A DNA stretch of 63,936 nt, the filler included, from Chiloscyllium plagiosum (lineage: Eukaryota), in assembly GCF_004010195.1 (NCBI RefSeq). It is 4 parts of one record of this genome, joined end to end, with 100 filler letters (N's around TTAATTAATTAA, not from the genome) between each part and the next. Parts side by side here need not be neighbours in the genome. Positions count along the whole stretch, not along the records: positions 50,583 to 60,350 come from NC_057712.1; positions 60,451 to 63,936 come from NC_057712.1; 2 more parts are not named here. One strand, given 5' to 3'. The notes under the pieces were generated by a model, which worked only from the letters and a program-made list of their open reading frames with translations, made no database searches and was not told the origin of the DNA. Below are positions 50,963-63,936 of the stretch, in pieces. The position numbers were made by a program, and so were the translations under genes. Positions within the stretch are counted from its first letter, which is position 1. Each line of letters opens with the position of its first letter.

Positions 50963-51889
50963 TCATCACTGTAGCCCAGCAACTGTTTCTAGCTGAAGTA
51001 TTGAACCAATTCCTTTAATGATAGTTACTATCGAAGGGCAGAATGGCCTACTCCTGCACCTATTGTCTATCGATGCATCTTGTATCACCCATTCAGTCAT
51101 ATCCTGCTGCATAAAGAGGTATTATGGTCAAAAGCTTTTGCAAACATCGAAGTGTGAAGAAGTATCTTTAAGGAGGAGAGAGGGATAGAGAGCTCATTCC
51201 TGAACCGAGGTACATTAAGAAAGTTAGAGATTGTCAGGAGACCAGAGTGCAGTGATCTCAAAGAATAGTAGAGTTGCAGAAAGTTGCAGAGCTATGGAGG
51301 AACAAGAGTGAACAATGTTAGTGTGATAAGTTACGAATTCAAGTTTAGGTATAATGTAGGGTGGACAGCATTGGAATAGTGGAGTCCAGTTACAACATGG
51401 CATAACTAAAGCTTTCAGCAGCTAATGAACTGAGGCAGGACTGAGACATTACAAAGGTGGAAGTGAACAGTCTTGATGATGGAGAGACAAAGGGGTCAGC
51501 ATCAGTGCAGAGTCAAGCAGAACACCAGATTTGTGAATGATCTGCTTGAGGCTCAGGCAATGCCCAGTTGAGTTGGTGGTAGGGAAACAGTTTAACTCAA
51601 TCTTTACAAAGATATATCCAATACCAATGCAGTAGGGGCTGACAGCGCATGGGCAAACTCTTTTGATGTCTGTCTGGTCAGCAGCAGACATTAGATTGTA
51701 ACTCTAGAGCTGGTAACTGGATTCACTGTGTCTCCTCTCCAAAACTTACACTCTCTATGTTGGCCTCTGCAGTTCTGCAACCTTCATTCAAAAGATCCCA
51801 GTAGTAATGGACAGCTCTGGGATAAAACATTAAGATCAAGTAATGTTATTCCTCATGAAAGCGACTGTATCTATCTGGAGCCCCATGTA

Positions 51890-52087
51890 CAAGTCGTTTT
51901 GCTATAATGCGACAGTTATTCTTCTGCAACCTCACGTTATAGAAAATGATGCTATGGAAAACTACTTTAGAAGATCGCTATAACCATTCAGTAGAAAGTT
52001 TACATTATCCAAACAACATCCACCATTTGTCAATCACATTGCAGCCAATTTGTGCTGACAAAACTCACATTATAGCAGAACGATCTG
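51890..52087. mobile_element. Tc1/mariner-superfamily (Tigger-like) MITE, 198 bp
   Basis: TA|CAAGTCGTTTTGCTATAATG ... CATTATAGCAGAACGATCTG|TA; TIRs match at 17 of 20 positions. Confidence 0.8.
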
Positions 52088-52958
52088 TAGCTCAGAAGGG
52101 GTAAGCAATTATAAAATAAGTATGAAAAAAATTGACAGGTCTCTTATCAACATTCCAAGGTGGGCCTGGAGCCTCCAGGAATTCAATTCAATTTTACTGG
52201 ACATTGTTGCAAACAGCAGCTAAGGAAAATATTATCAATGCATTTAAAAATATATATTTTTCTTATTCCTTGAATATTAGTTGCAAAAGATATTTGAAGT
52301 GGAAAGAGAACTGTTTGGTTAATTGAAGCAATTGGAAAGAAGCTAATAATGAAAATGGAAGAAATATTCAAGTCAAGATAGCTCATTGCACTGGGTAGCA
52401 ATTACACACAATTTGAAAGGAACTGCAAAACCTTGGAGCTTCTCAGCACTGACGAATGTCAATTCAGTCAGACAGCTTCCCACGGACATCTGGATTTCAC
52501 TAGACAGTCAGGAAAGTGCAATGATAAGAAACAAAGATGGCTGATTGGATCCTGCACAGGGGAGAGGCAGAGTGCAAAAGAAAGAATAAGAATTGACAGA
52601 AATGTCTTCCAGAGTCAAAAGTGTGATGACTCTGATCTCCAGTGGCTGCAGTCCTCACTTTCTCCCAGAATTGTCTTCCAGGTAATGCCGGAAGGAAAAG
52701 AACTTTCAAGAATTCTACAGAGACCTAAATGCTAGAAAAGTTCGCTCCAGGCCAGTCAATGGTTGGATCTGATAAGATGAGCTAATGGTAAAGAATAGCA
52801 GCATTGCCAGGATATATGTAAACATGTTGTATCTCTCCCAAAAGCTGTGTCTGCATGATGTAAGAGTTTTATGAAAGAGTATGAGAGAGAAAGACAAAGA
52901 GAAGGCAAAAGAGCATGGAACTGTGAGCCAGAGTAAAACGGTGGTGGGGGGTGGGGGA

Positions 52959-52989
<31 letters not shown>

Positions 52990-53209
52990 AAACATGCAAG
53001 AAAATGAGAACAAGACAGTGGAAGGGTGCAGGAATGTGTGCAAGAGCAAGAGAGCAATGAGAATGAAAGAGAAAGTGAAAGAGAGGGAATAAACATTCTG
53101 GGACATCCACATTCTAAAAGCTACTATACAAACTTGCTTGAGCAAAGTGGAAAGGCTCCTGGCCCAGGTCGATAATCTCTTTGAGAGCTCCACAAATGAT
53201 GATGGGCCT

Positions 53210-53677
53210 GGATGTTGCCAGGGTTGGAGGATCTGAGCTACAGGGAGAGGCTGAACATGCTGGGGCTGTTTTCCCTGGAGCATTGGAGGCTGAAGGATGA
53301 CCTTTTAGAGGTTTACAAAATTATGAGGGGCATGGATAGGATAAATAGACAAAGTCTTTTCCCTGGGGTCAGGGAGTCCAGAACTAGAGGGCACCGGTTT
53401 AGGGTGAGAAGGGAAAGGCATAAAAGAGACCTAAGGGGCAACATTTTCACGTAGAGGATGTTACGTGTATGGAATGAGCTGCCAGAGAATGTGGTGGAGG
53501 CTGGTACAATTGCAACATTTAAGAGGCATTTGGATGTGTATATGAATAGGAAGGGTTTGGAGGGAAATGGGCCGGGTGCTGGCAGGTGGGACTAGATTGG
53601 GTCGGGACATCTGGTCGGCATGGAAGGTTGGACCGAAGGGTCTGTTTCCATGCTGTACATCTCTATGACTCTATGAC
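53210..53677 (+). mobile_element. Young CR1/HER1 LINE 3' end
   Basis: MLPGLEDLSYRERLNMLGLFSLE...RTRGHRFRVR; tail CTCTATGACTCTATGACT. Confidence 0.9.
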
Positions 53678-54358
53678 TAAATGGTTCCGACAGAGGGTCA
53701 CTCTTTGCTCGACTGCCAAAGTAACTGAAACAGTAAATGAATTTGCTGGAGAAACTCAGCAGGTCTGGTTGGATCTATGGAGAAAGAAACAGAATCAATG
53801 TTTGCAGGTGAGAGGGATATTGTGAGTGGAGGAGTGGACTAGGGTGTCCCCAATGGAAATGGTCCCTGCAGAATGCTGGCAAGGAAGTTGAGTGAAATGT
53901 ATGCTTATCCAAGGCCCAGATCAAGAGAACATTTTATCCTGCAGCATCACTGATAGCATCTAGGAAAATGTGACATTTATCTTGATGTCAGGGGTGGGGT
54001 GGGGTAGGGTGTGGTGGTGTGGGGTGGAGTAGGAGGGAGTTAAGGAGTGAGCAGATAGGTGGAGATGGAGCCCAGAGAAAGAGAGAGAGAGGAAAAGTTA
54101 GGCATACAAGGAATTTGATAGTAAATGTGGGAAGACAAAACGCCGGACAGATGGTGATAGGAACTGGAAATATAAAAACACAGGTGAAAATATAGAAACA
54201 CAGAGACATAGAAGCAAGAGTAGGCCATTTAAATCTTTAAGGCTGCTCCACCATTCAATATGATCATAGCTGATCATCAAGCTCAATACCCTAAACCCCT
54301 CCTCCATATTCCTATGATCACAATTTCTATACATCTACCTTCTTCCTAAGAACATAAT

Positions 54359-55077
54359 AGTTATGAAGCTGTGAGTGTAATGTACCTTTAAGAGAGTTAA
54401 AGGCTAGCAGAGCTACCTGACAGCACCAAGAGTTCTGAATAAGATACAATGTAACATGTGGTCCAGCTACTGGGATAACTAGAGTAGCTCATTGCCTGGA
54501 GACAAAAACAGATTCAAATTAGGCCAATCAGTTTAAATTATATCCCGAAAAATATCAAACTCCAATCAAGTTTGAATTAAGTATACTGACGATCTTAAAA
54601 GCCAATGGCACAATCCGATGCACTGGGGATATAATGCCAGGGAAAATTGAACATTTGGGAGGAAAACTGCCATTCCACTAGCATGTAGAGACTGACCAAA
54701 AAATAATTCTCTTAAAGATACCTTTATCGATCATGACCTGTAAAGCATAATCCCTAAGAATAAGAAAAGATGACATAGGAAGATCCAAATAGAAGATTCG
54801 ACAGCTAGCAGGTCTTGAAAACTTGAACTTCTGGTAAATTTTAATCAGGGAGTTTTATTGGACTAGTATTATACAAGGGAAGATAACAGACAGATTAGAG
54901 GAAGGAGTTGTAAATATTTGTTAGTTAATTATTCTGTTATACTTCAAGAAATAAAGTTGTTAATTTTTACTTTAAATGGTATTAGCCTCTCGAATTTTCA
55001 GAGATCACTGCACAGGATGAATCTTTTCTGTGTTGCTGGTTTAAATTAAGCAGGAGGGTTTACCCCATTTCGTAACA
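54359..55077 (+). mobile_element. Solo LTR (719 bp) inserted in a minus-strand CR1 tail
   Basis: Ends AGTTATGAA ... TTCGTAACA (inverted). 4-bp TSD TAAT at 54355-54358 and 55078-55081. TATA-like site near 54630, AATAAA near 54950. Flanks rejoin as CR1. Confidence 0.75.
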
Positions 55078-55692
55078 TAATGTTTTGACCTCAATTACTT
55101 TCTGTGGAAGTGAGTTCCACAGGCTCACCACTCTCTGGGTGAAGACATTTTTCTTCTAATTCCTAAAGGTTTACTCTTTATCCTTAAACTATTACCCCTG
55201 GGTCTAGACTCTATCACCACTGGGAACACTCATTTTGCATCTTGCCAGTTACGTCCTGTTAGAATTTCATATGATTCCGTGAGGTCTCCCTTCATTCTTC
55301 TGAACTGCAATGAGATAATCCTAACCTCATACCTCATTGTGCTTGCTTTGCTGAAAGCAGCACATCTAATAATAGGATGAGAGATTAGGGGAGGGCTAAA
55401 GACAAGAAACAAGGTGTTCTGGCCCTAAAATTATTGAACTCAATATTGTGTCCTGAGATTGCAAGTGGAAAATTAGATGCTATTCCTTCAGTCTGTGCTA
55501 AGTCTCACTGCAACATGACAGCAGGCTTGTGACAGAAATGTTGGCATTGGAACACAGTGGTGTGTTGAAGTAGAAGGCAACTGGAACTCGGGTTCATTTT
55601 TACAGACGGAGCATCGGTGTTCTGCAAAGCAGTCACCCAGTCTGCATTGTGTCTCTCCAATGTAGAGGCGGCCAAATTATGAACGCAAATTG

Positions 55693-55961
55693 GAGCAGCA
55701 CGGTGGCTCAGTGGTTAGCACTGCTGCCTCGCAACGCCAAGGACCCAGGTACGATTCCAGCCTTGGGCGACTGTCTGTATGGAGTTTGCATGTTCTCTCC
55801 ATGCCTGTGTGGGTTTCCTCAAAGTGCTTCAGTTTCCTCCCACAATCCAAAGATGTGCCAGTAAGGGATAAAATGTAGTAGTTTGGGTGGGATACTCTTT
55901 GGAGGGTTGGTGTGGACTTGTCGGGCTGAAAGGCCTTTTTCCCACTCTGTAGGGATTCTAT
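55693..55961 (+). mobile_element. HE1-like V-SINE (internally deleted)
   Basis: GCACGGTGGCTCAGTGGTTAGCACTGCTGCCTC head, central domain and tail. Confidence 0.85.
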
Positions 55962-56821
55962 ATTTTAAAAAATGCAGCAGATTAGATTGAGTGGAGTACA
56001 GGTGGATCGCTGCTTCACCTGAAAAGTGTATCAGGGCTTTGGATAGTGAGGAGGGAGAAGATAAACAGGCAAGTGTTGCATCTTCTGCAATTACAAGGGA
56101 AGGTGCCTTTTGGGTGTAGGGATGCATTGGGAGTGGAGGAGGTGTCCCATAGGAAACAACACCTGCAGAATGCTCACAAGAGACTGGAGGGGATAATGTG
56201 TTTGTCCAAGGCCCAGATCAAGAGATCAAGTTTTATCCTGCAGCTTCACTGATGTCAGCAAGCAGATGCACAACCATTCTCATCAAAATACTTACAGACA
56301 GCAAACCAGTGTGTTTGGCAGCAATTGTGAATTAGTATGCAGCTGAAAACCCAACTACACATAATTTTTTCAAATGTTCTTCAGCAGAGGCTGAATGCAT
56401 CAAAGGAGAATTCTCATTATTTTAATTAATTTCTCATTGCAGAGGTGTGTATGGGTGTCTCAATAGAGCATGCTCTGGAGAAACAGAATTTCACATTACT
56501 CTGTACATGTGGTATCCAGACATTCCTCTCAGGCTTCAGTGGAGAAAAACAAACAGTTTTACCATCATTACCATGACAAAGTCTAGCCCACTAGTTTCAA
56601 TCTTCCCACTGCTCAACTGGAGAAAACTTCTCCTCATCCAATACTGAATGCTTGAAACAATAGAGGGGTCAGGAGAGGTGGTGATGAGCTGGAACCAAAT
56701 CTTGTCAAAGCACTTTTGGAAACTGACAGAATATTTTGGGATGACATTGTCAAGGACCAGAATGTAGATTAGAAATAGACTACGAGAAAAATTACTAAAT
56801 AGAACTAACTAATCACCATCT

Positions 56822-57147
56822 TGGGTGGCACAGTGGCTAGCACTGCTGCCTCACAGCACCAGAGACCCAGGTTCAATTCCCACCTCGGGTGACTGTCTGT
56901 GTGAAGTTTGTACATTCGCCCCGTGTCTGCGTGGGTTTCGTCTGGGTGCTCTGGTTTCCTCCCACAATCCAAGCATGTGCAGGTCAGGTGAGTTGGTCAT
57001 GCTAAATTGTCCATAGTGTTGGGTGCATTAGTCAGGGGTAAATATAGGGTGGGTGTGTGTGTCTGGGTGGGTTGCTCTTCGGAGGGTCAGTGTGGACTTG
57101 TTGGGCCGAAGAGCCTGTTTCCATTCTGTAGGGAATCTAATCTAATC
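56822..57147 (+). mobile_element. HE1-like V-SINE
   Basis: GGTGGCACAGTGGCTAGCAC...GGTTCAATTCC; tail (ATCTA)n. Confidence 0.88.
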
Positions 57148-57245
57148 AAAATAGCCACATGGATTATTCATAAGCATACCATACTACACAATCATATCAT
57201 CACCATCCCACCGTACGTTCAAATCATCATCCTCCTCACAGACTA

Positions 57246-57602
<357 letters not shown>

Positions 57603-58870
57603 CTATCATTGTGCTGATGGTGGTCCTGCAGCAACTTATTACTGGGAGCTGAGTTAACTGCTTTCAGACAGCTGCCACTCCTATCTCAGGAGGAAGTCTC
57701 AGCTGTCTGCTACGAATTATGGTCACTACTAATTTTACAGGCAATCCCACCACACTAAGGTAGGTCTGGGATTGGGATCTCCAGGAAGTGAGATGGGCAG
57801 TCCTAAAGGGGGACATGCCCTTTTTGGGATGGAGTTGCTCCTAAAGAACCAGACGGTCCACAAAGGAAGTTCCCTTGTCTAATACCAAATCATAAAGTTA
57901 AGGATTCTCGGCCTCCCACATGGAATGTGCCCACCCCCACCATGTTTAAAATACAGTGGTGCCTGGATGAGGGCCTTAACTTGCAACTTAAAGATTACAA
58001 TTAGCCCAAAGGCAGGCTGGCAACCTAATGCCTACCGAACGCCATTAAATTTCAGATAGATTGGGGGCAAGTGGGAAGGCAGCAGGAAGGCTACCCACTT
58101 GATTTTAAAAGACAGTTCTGAAGAAGGGTCACTAGACAAGAAACATTAACTCTACTTTCTCTCTACAGATGCTGAGTTTCTCTAGCAAATTTTGCTTTTG
58201 TTTCAGATTTCCAGCATTTGTAGTCCTTTGCTTTATCATGTTACACTGCAGACATGTGACAGTATCTTTGTTACGTTATAAGCTATTGCCTAACTGAATG
58301 GGTGAGTAAAACTCTCTCTACTACTCTGTTTTACTGCTGAAGTGAACGAACACAACCAACACACCAACATTTGGGAAGTTATTGGTTAAGAGTTTGCTAT
58401 AATTGCCTCCAATATAGTTCACCATTTCATATAAACTACAACACACAGACAGAACAGTTGACACAATCAGTGTGCAGTGATGTTTATCCTCAAATCAAAC
58501 AGCATTTTATTCCAAGACATACATGCCCTCTTACCATATCTCATCATCCTTCATGCATTTATCTCACCAATTTCAAAATACCTCTATTTTGAACACTAAA
58601 CCCCAGTGGTACATTCCAAAGTCTCACAAGTCATGATGTATTTCAAGTTTTTCAATGTTTTTCAAGAACTCCTCCTGTGAGGAGGGTTTCCCAGAGGCAA
58701 GCGGGCCTTATTAATTATGCCTTATTAATTGAGTAAACAATTAAAAATGGTTTACAAATGTCCTCATTGAAACTGATTAACCATTGCTATCAACAAAGAC
58801 ATACCTGACAATCTGCAAAGGCAGTCAATAAGTTTTCTAAAAATTAGAAATATAAATATGCAGCAGCTTA

Positions 58871-59074
<204 letters not shown>

Positions 59075-59677
59075 TTATGGAACCAAGGCAAGTGGATGGA
59101 GTTAAGTTACAGAACAATCAGCATCTAACTCACAGATTGAAGGGCCTCTTCTTTTTCTGACAATTTCTTCGAGGGCTCAAATAATATCAGAAATGGGAGG
59201 CGCTGTTAAAAATATCATTTAGGACAGTCGGCTGTGATCTCTTAGTTCTCTCGTAACTGCAGCATTTGATCCACAGCTTTTAAGAGCTTGCATGTCATTT
59301 TGTTTCAGGTTATGGGCACTTGGAAGCTGAGGAGGTGAGAAATCAATATCCAACTCTGTACTATGATTTTTGACTTTATAATGTGGATTGCATTTGGCAT
59401 CACATTATCCATCCACAAACCCCCAACTTTAACTGCAATACATTGGTGCAAACCCAACATAAACCAAAAGCCTTACATCTAAACCCTTTCAGCCAGCTCT
59501 AAAGACCCCATGTAGATTATCTTAATCTATTTCCTTATTAGATGAAGGCCTCTGCAGTTATTGGTGCCACTGTTCAGATGAAATGTTGAACTGAAGCCTC
59601 TAAATGCGAGGCTTTCTTTCTTTCGTTCTTAACATCAGTGACTGGCAGCAACACTGACAAATGACCCTGATTGATTA

Positions 59678-60350
59678 AAAATCACACAACACCAGGTTAT
59701 CGTCCAACAGGTTTAATTGGAAGCACACTAGCTTTCGGAGCGACACTCCTTCATCAGGTGATTGTGGAGGGCTCGATCGTAACACAGAATTTATCGCAAA
59801 AATTTTCAGTGTGATGTAACTGAAATTATACATTGAAGATTTGATTGTCTGTTAAGCCTTTCATCTGTTAGAATACAGTGATAGTTTCACTTCTTTCATG
59901 TGTAAATCACAAAACTCTTTTTAAAAATTGCATTCTCGGGTTAGCTGTTAACAATGGTGATAACTAGACAATATGTTGAAGGTGTTGGCCCCCTGTGTTC
60001 TCTGTCTATGACCTGATGTTTAGATTGATTCTAATCTAAAAAGTGAGATAACAGAGTTTTACATAAATTCATGCAATTTTTGAGCTCAGAGTTCTACATG
60101 AATGTATGCAGTTTTTGAGCAAAGTGCAATGTAACTCTGCAAGTACAAAAAAATTCACCACACAAAATATATGTGTGCATGTGGGTCTTTGTCTGTGTGT
60201 CTGTCTGTCTGGGATGGGGGTTGAGAGTGTGAGAAAGTGTGTGTGTGTAGTGAGTGCAGAGTGTCTTAAGTCTGTGAGGGAGTGCGTGTGGGAGTGTGTG
60301 TGTGTGTCTATAAGGGTGTGTGTGGGTGTCTGTGTGCGCGTCTGTGTGTA
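59678..60350 (-). mobile_element. Probable Penelope-like terminal region of another family, with hammerhead and (TG)n tract
   Basis: Reverse strand cacCUGAUGA-A-GGAGU-GUC-GCUCC-GAAAGCUA|gug at 59726-59760, near the element end. Confidence 0.7.
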
Positions 60351-60450
60351 NNNNNNNNNNNNNNNNNNNNNNNNNNNNNNNNNNNNNNNNNNNNTTAATT
60401 AATTAANNNNNNNNNNNNNNNNNNNNNNNNNNNNNNNNNNNNNNNNNNNN
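60351..60450. other. Artificial 100-bp contig linker
   Basis: 44 N + TTAATTAATTAA (60395-60406) + 44 N. Confidence 0.95.
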
Positions 60451-63400
60451 GCGCACTGTGGTGTCTTCACCCCAGGACCCAGTCCGTGCTCACTGTGTTG
60501 CCATCACTCCAGGATCCAGCCCTTGCTCACTGTGCTGCCATCACTCCAGGACCCAGTCCGTGCTCACTGTGTTGCCATCACTCCAGGACTCAGTCCGTAC
60601 TCACTGTGTTGCCATCACTCCAGGACCCAGCTCGTGCTCACTATGCTGCCATCACTCCAGGACCCAGCCTGTGCGCACTCTGCTGCCATCGCTGCAGGAC
60701 CCAGCACGTGCTCACCGTGCTGCCATCGCCGCAGGACTTAACCCCAGCTCACTGTACTGCCATCGCTGCAGGACCCAGCCCATGCTCACTGTGCTGCCAT
60801 CACTCCAGCAGCCATCTGGTCCTCACTGTGCTGCCATCGCTCCCAAACCCAGCCCGTGCTCACTGTGCTGCCATCGCTCCAGGACTCAGCCTGTGGTCAC
60901 TGTGCTGTCATCACTCCAGGACCCAGCCCATGCGCACTCTGCTGCCATCGCTCCAGTACCCAGACCGTGCTTACTGTGCTGCCATCGCTCCAGGACACAG
61001 CCTGTGCTCACTGTGCTGTCATGCCCCAGGACCCAGTCCGTGCTCACTGTGCTGACATCGCTGCAGGCCCCAGACCGTGCTCACTGTGCTGCCAACACGC
61101 CAGGACCCAGCCCGTGCTCACTGCGCTGTCATCTCTCCACAACCCTGCCCATTGCTCACTGTGCCACCAGCGCTCCAGGACCTAGCACGTGCTCACTGTG
61201 CTGCCATAGCTCCAGGACCCAGACTGTGCACCCACTGCTGCCATCGCTGCAGGCCCCAGACCGTGCTCACTGTGCTGCCAACACGCCAGGACCCAGCCCG
61301 TGCTCACTGCGCTGTCATCTCTGCACGACCCTGCCCATTGCTCACTGTGCCACCATCGATCCAGGACCTAGCCCGTGCTTACTGTGCCACCATCGTTCCA
61401 GGACCCAGCCCATGCTCACTGTGCTGCCATAGCTCCAGGACCCAGACTGTGCACCCACTGCTGCCATTGCTGCAGGACCCAGACCGAGTTCACTGTGCTG
61501 TCATAGCTCCAGGACCCATCCCTTGCTCACTGTGCTGCCATTACTCCAGGACCCAGCCTGTGCGCACTCTGCTGCCATCGCTGCAGGACCCAGCCCATGC
61601 TCACTGTGCTGCCATCACCCCAGGACCCAGCTTGTGCTCACTCTGCTGTCATCGCTCCAGGACCCAGCCCGTGCTCACTGTGCTGACATCGCTGCAGGTC
61701 CCAGACCGTGCTCTCTGTGCTGCCAACACGCCAGGACCCAGCCCGTGCTCACTGTGCTGTCATGCCCCAGGGCCCAGTCCGTGCTCACTGTGCTGTCACG
61801 CCCCAGGACCCAGCTTGTGCTCACTGTGCTGTCATCTCTCCACGACCCTGCCCATTGCTCACTGTGCCACCATCGCTCCAGGACCCAGACCGTGCTCACT
61901 GTACTGCCATAGCTCCAGGACCCAGACTGTGCACCCAATGCTGCCATTGCTGCAGGACCCCGCCCAAGCTCACTGTGCTGTCATCACTACAGGGCCCCGC
62001 CCGTGCTCACTGTGCTGCCATCACTCCAGGACCCAGCCCGTGCTCACTGTGCTGCCATCGCTGCAGGACCCAGCCTGTGCTCACTGTGTTGCCCTCGCTC
62101 CAGGACTCAGCCCATGCCCACTCTGCTGCCATTGCTCCAGGACCCAGCCTGTGCTCACTGTGTTGCCATTACTCCAGGACTCAGTCCATGCTCACTGTGC
62201 TGCCATCGCTCCAGTACCCAGACCGTGATCACTGTGCTGCCATCGCTCCAGGATCCAGCCCGTGCTCACTGTGCAGCAATCGCTCCAGGACTCAGCCTGT
62301 GCTCACTGTGCTGTCATCGCTCCAGGAACCAGCCCATATGCACTCTGCTGCCATCGCTCCAGTACCCAGACCGTGATCACTGTGCTGCCATCGCTCCAGG
62401 ACACAGCCCGTGCTCACTGTGCTGCCATCGCTCCAGTACCCAGACCGTGATCACTGTGCTGCCATCGCTCCAGGACCCAGCCCGTGCGCACTCTGCTGTC
62501 ATCACTCCAGGACCCAGCCTGTGCTCACTGTGCTGCCAACACTCCAGGACCCAGCCCGTGCTCACTGTGCTGTCATCACTCCACGACCCTGCCCATTGCT
62601 CACTGTGCCACTATCGCTCCAGGACCCAGCCCGTGCTCACTGTGCTGCCATCGCTCCAGGACCCAGACCGTGCACACTCTGCTGTCATTGCTGCAGGACC
62701 CAGCCCGTGCTCACTGTGCTGCCATCACTCCAGGACCCAGCCCTTGCTCACAGTGCTTACATCACTCCAGGATCCAGCCCGTGCGCACTGTGCTGCCATT
62801 GCTCCCAGACCCAGCCAATGCTCACTGTGTTGCCATCACTCCAGGACCCAGCCTGTGCTCACTGTGCTCCCATCGCTGCAGGACCCAGCCTGTGCTCACT
62901 GTGTTGCCCTCGCTCCAGGATTCAGCCCATGCCCACTCTGCTGCCATTGCTCCAGGACCCAGCCTGTGCTCACTGTGTTGCCATTACTCCAGGACTCAGT
63001 CCATGCTCACTGTGCTGCCATCGCTCCAGTACCCAGTCCGTGCTCACTGTGCTGCCATCGCTCCATTACTCAGCCTGTGCTCACTGTGTTGCCATCGCTC
63101 CATTACCCAGACCGTGCTACTGTGCCACCATCGCTCCAGGACCCAGCCCGTGCTCACTGTGCTGCCATCGCTGCAGGAGCCAGCCCGAGCTCACTGTTCT
63201 GCCATCACTCCAGAACCCAGCCTGTGCTCACTTTGCTGCCATCGCTGCAGGACACATCCCGTGCACACTGTGCTGCCATCGCTGCAGACCCAGCCCATTC
63301 TCACTGTGCTGCCATCACTCCAGGATCCAACCGTTGCTCACTGTGCTGCCATTGCTCCATTACCCAGCCGGTGTTCTCTGTTTTGCCATCACTCCAGGAT

Positions 63401-63936
63401 CCAGTCCGTGCTCATTGTGCTCATTGTGCTGTCATCGCTCAATGAGCCTGCCCGTGCTCACTGTTTTTCCATCACTCCTGGACACAGCTTGTGCTCACTG
63501 TGCCACCATCACTCCAGGACCCAGCCCTTGCTCACTGTGCTGCCAGCACTCCAGGACCCAGCCTGTGCTCACTGTGCTGCTATCGCTCCAGGACTCAGCC
63601 CGTGCTCACTGTGCTGCCAGCACTCCAGGACCCCGCCCGTGCTCACTGTGCTGCCATTGCTCCAGGACTCAGCCTGTGGTCACTGTGCTGCCATCACTCC
63701 AGGATCCAGCCATTGCGCACTGTGGTGTCTTCACCCCAGGACCCAGTCCGTGCTCACTGTGCTGCCATCACTCCAGGATCCAGCCCTTGCTCACTGTGCT
63801 GCCATCACTCCAGGACCCAGTCCGTGCTCACTGTGTTGCCATCACTCCAGGACTCAGTCCGTACTCACTGTGTTGCCATCACTCCAGGACCCAGCTCGTG
63901 CTCACTATGCTGCCATCACTCCAGGACCCAGCCCGT
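60451..63936. repeat. 37-bp satellite array (GTGCTCACTGTGCTGCCATCGCTCCAGGACCCAGCCC), ~94 monomers, runs off the window
   Basis: Continuous tandem units with variant monomers recurring in blocks. Confidence 0.97.

Noticed and set aside
59309..59373. Plus-strand acceptor followed by GYGHLEAEEVRNQYPTLYYDF*
   Set aside because: Short and unrecognised, with no supporting upstream exon; compatible with chance.
60458..63445. Long Cys/His-rich ORFs (324, 383, 480 aa)
   Set aside because: They arise from a 37-bp monomer with no plus-strand stop codons. The same three peptides cycle through all frames, and there are no gene signals.
60451..63936. CRISPR array (37-bp repeats)
   Set aside because: Units are head-to-tail with no unique spacers, there are no cas genes, and the context is eukaryotic.

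Overview
This is repeat-dominated eukaryotic DNA, very probably from a shark or other elasmobranch. That is inferred from HE1-like V-SINEs, Deu-domain SINE remnants, CR1/HER1-type LINEs and Penelope-like elements. The window is not one continuous sequence. Three artificial 100-bp linkers (44 N + TTAATTAATTAA + 44 N) at 26141-26240, 50483-50582 and 60351-60450 divide it into four blocks, and there are four plain N gaps. The only host gene I can support is LYST (lysosomal trafficking regulator): six consecutive minus-strand coding exons between 43857 and 27055, with canonical GT-AG sites and one continuous 364-codon frame. The rest is transposon debris: CR1, L1 and L2 LINEs, tRNA-derived SINEs, Tigger/pogo MITEs, a decayed Tigger transposase, a solo LTR, micro- and minisatellites, and a 37-bp satellite array with higher-order structure at the right end. 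The most interesting signal is several Penelope-like families carrying minimal hammerhead ribozyme motifs. Many are inserted as short fold-back units with 10-16 bp target-site duplications, some inside LYST introns. Penelope hammerheads are a known class, and I found no convincing novel protein-coding system. Repeat boundaries are approximate unless TSDs or TIRs are given.
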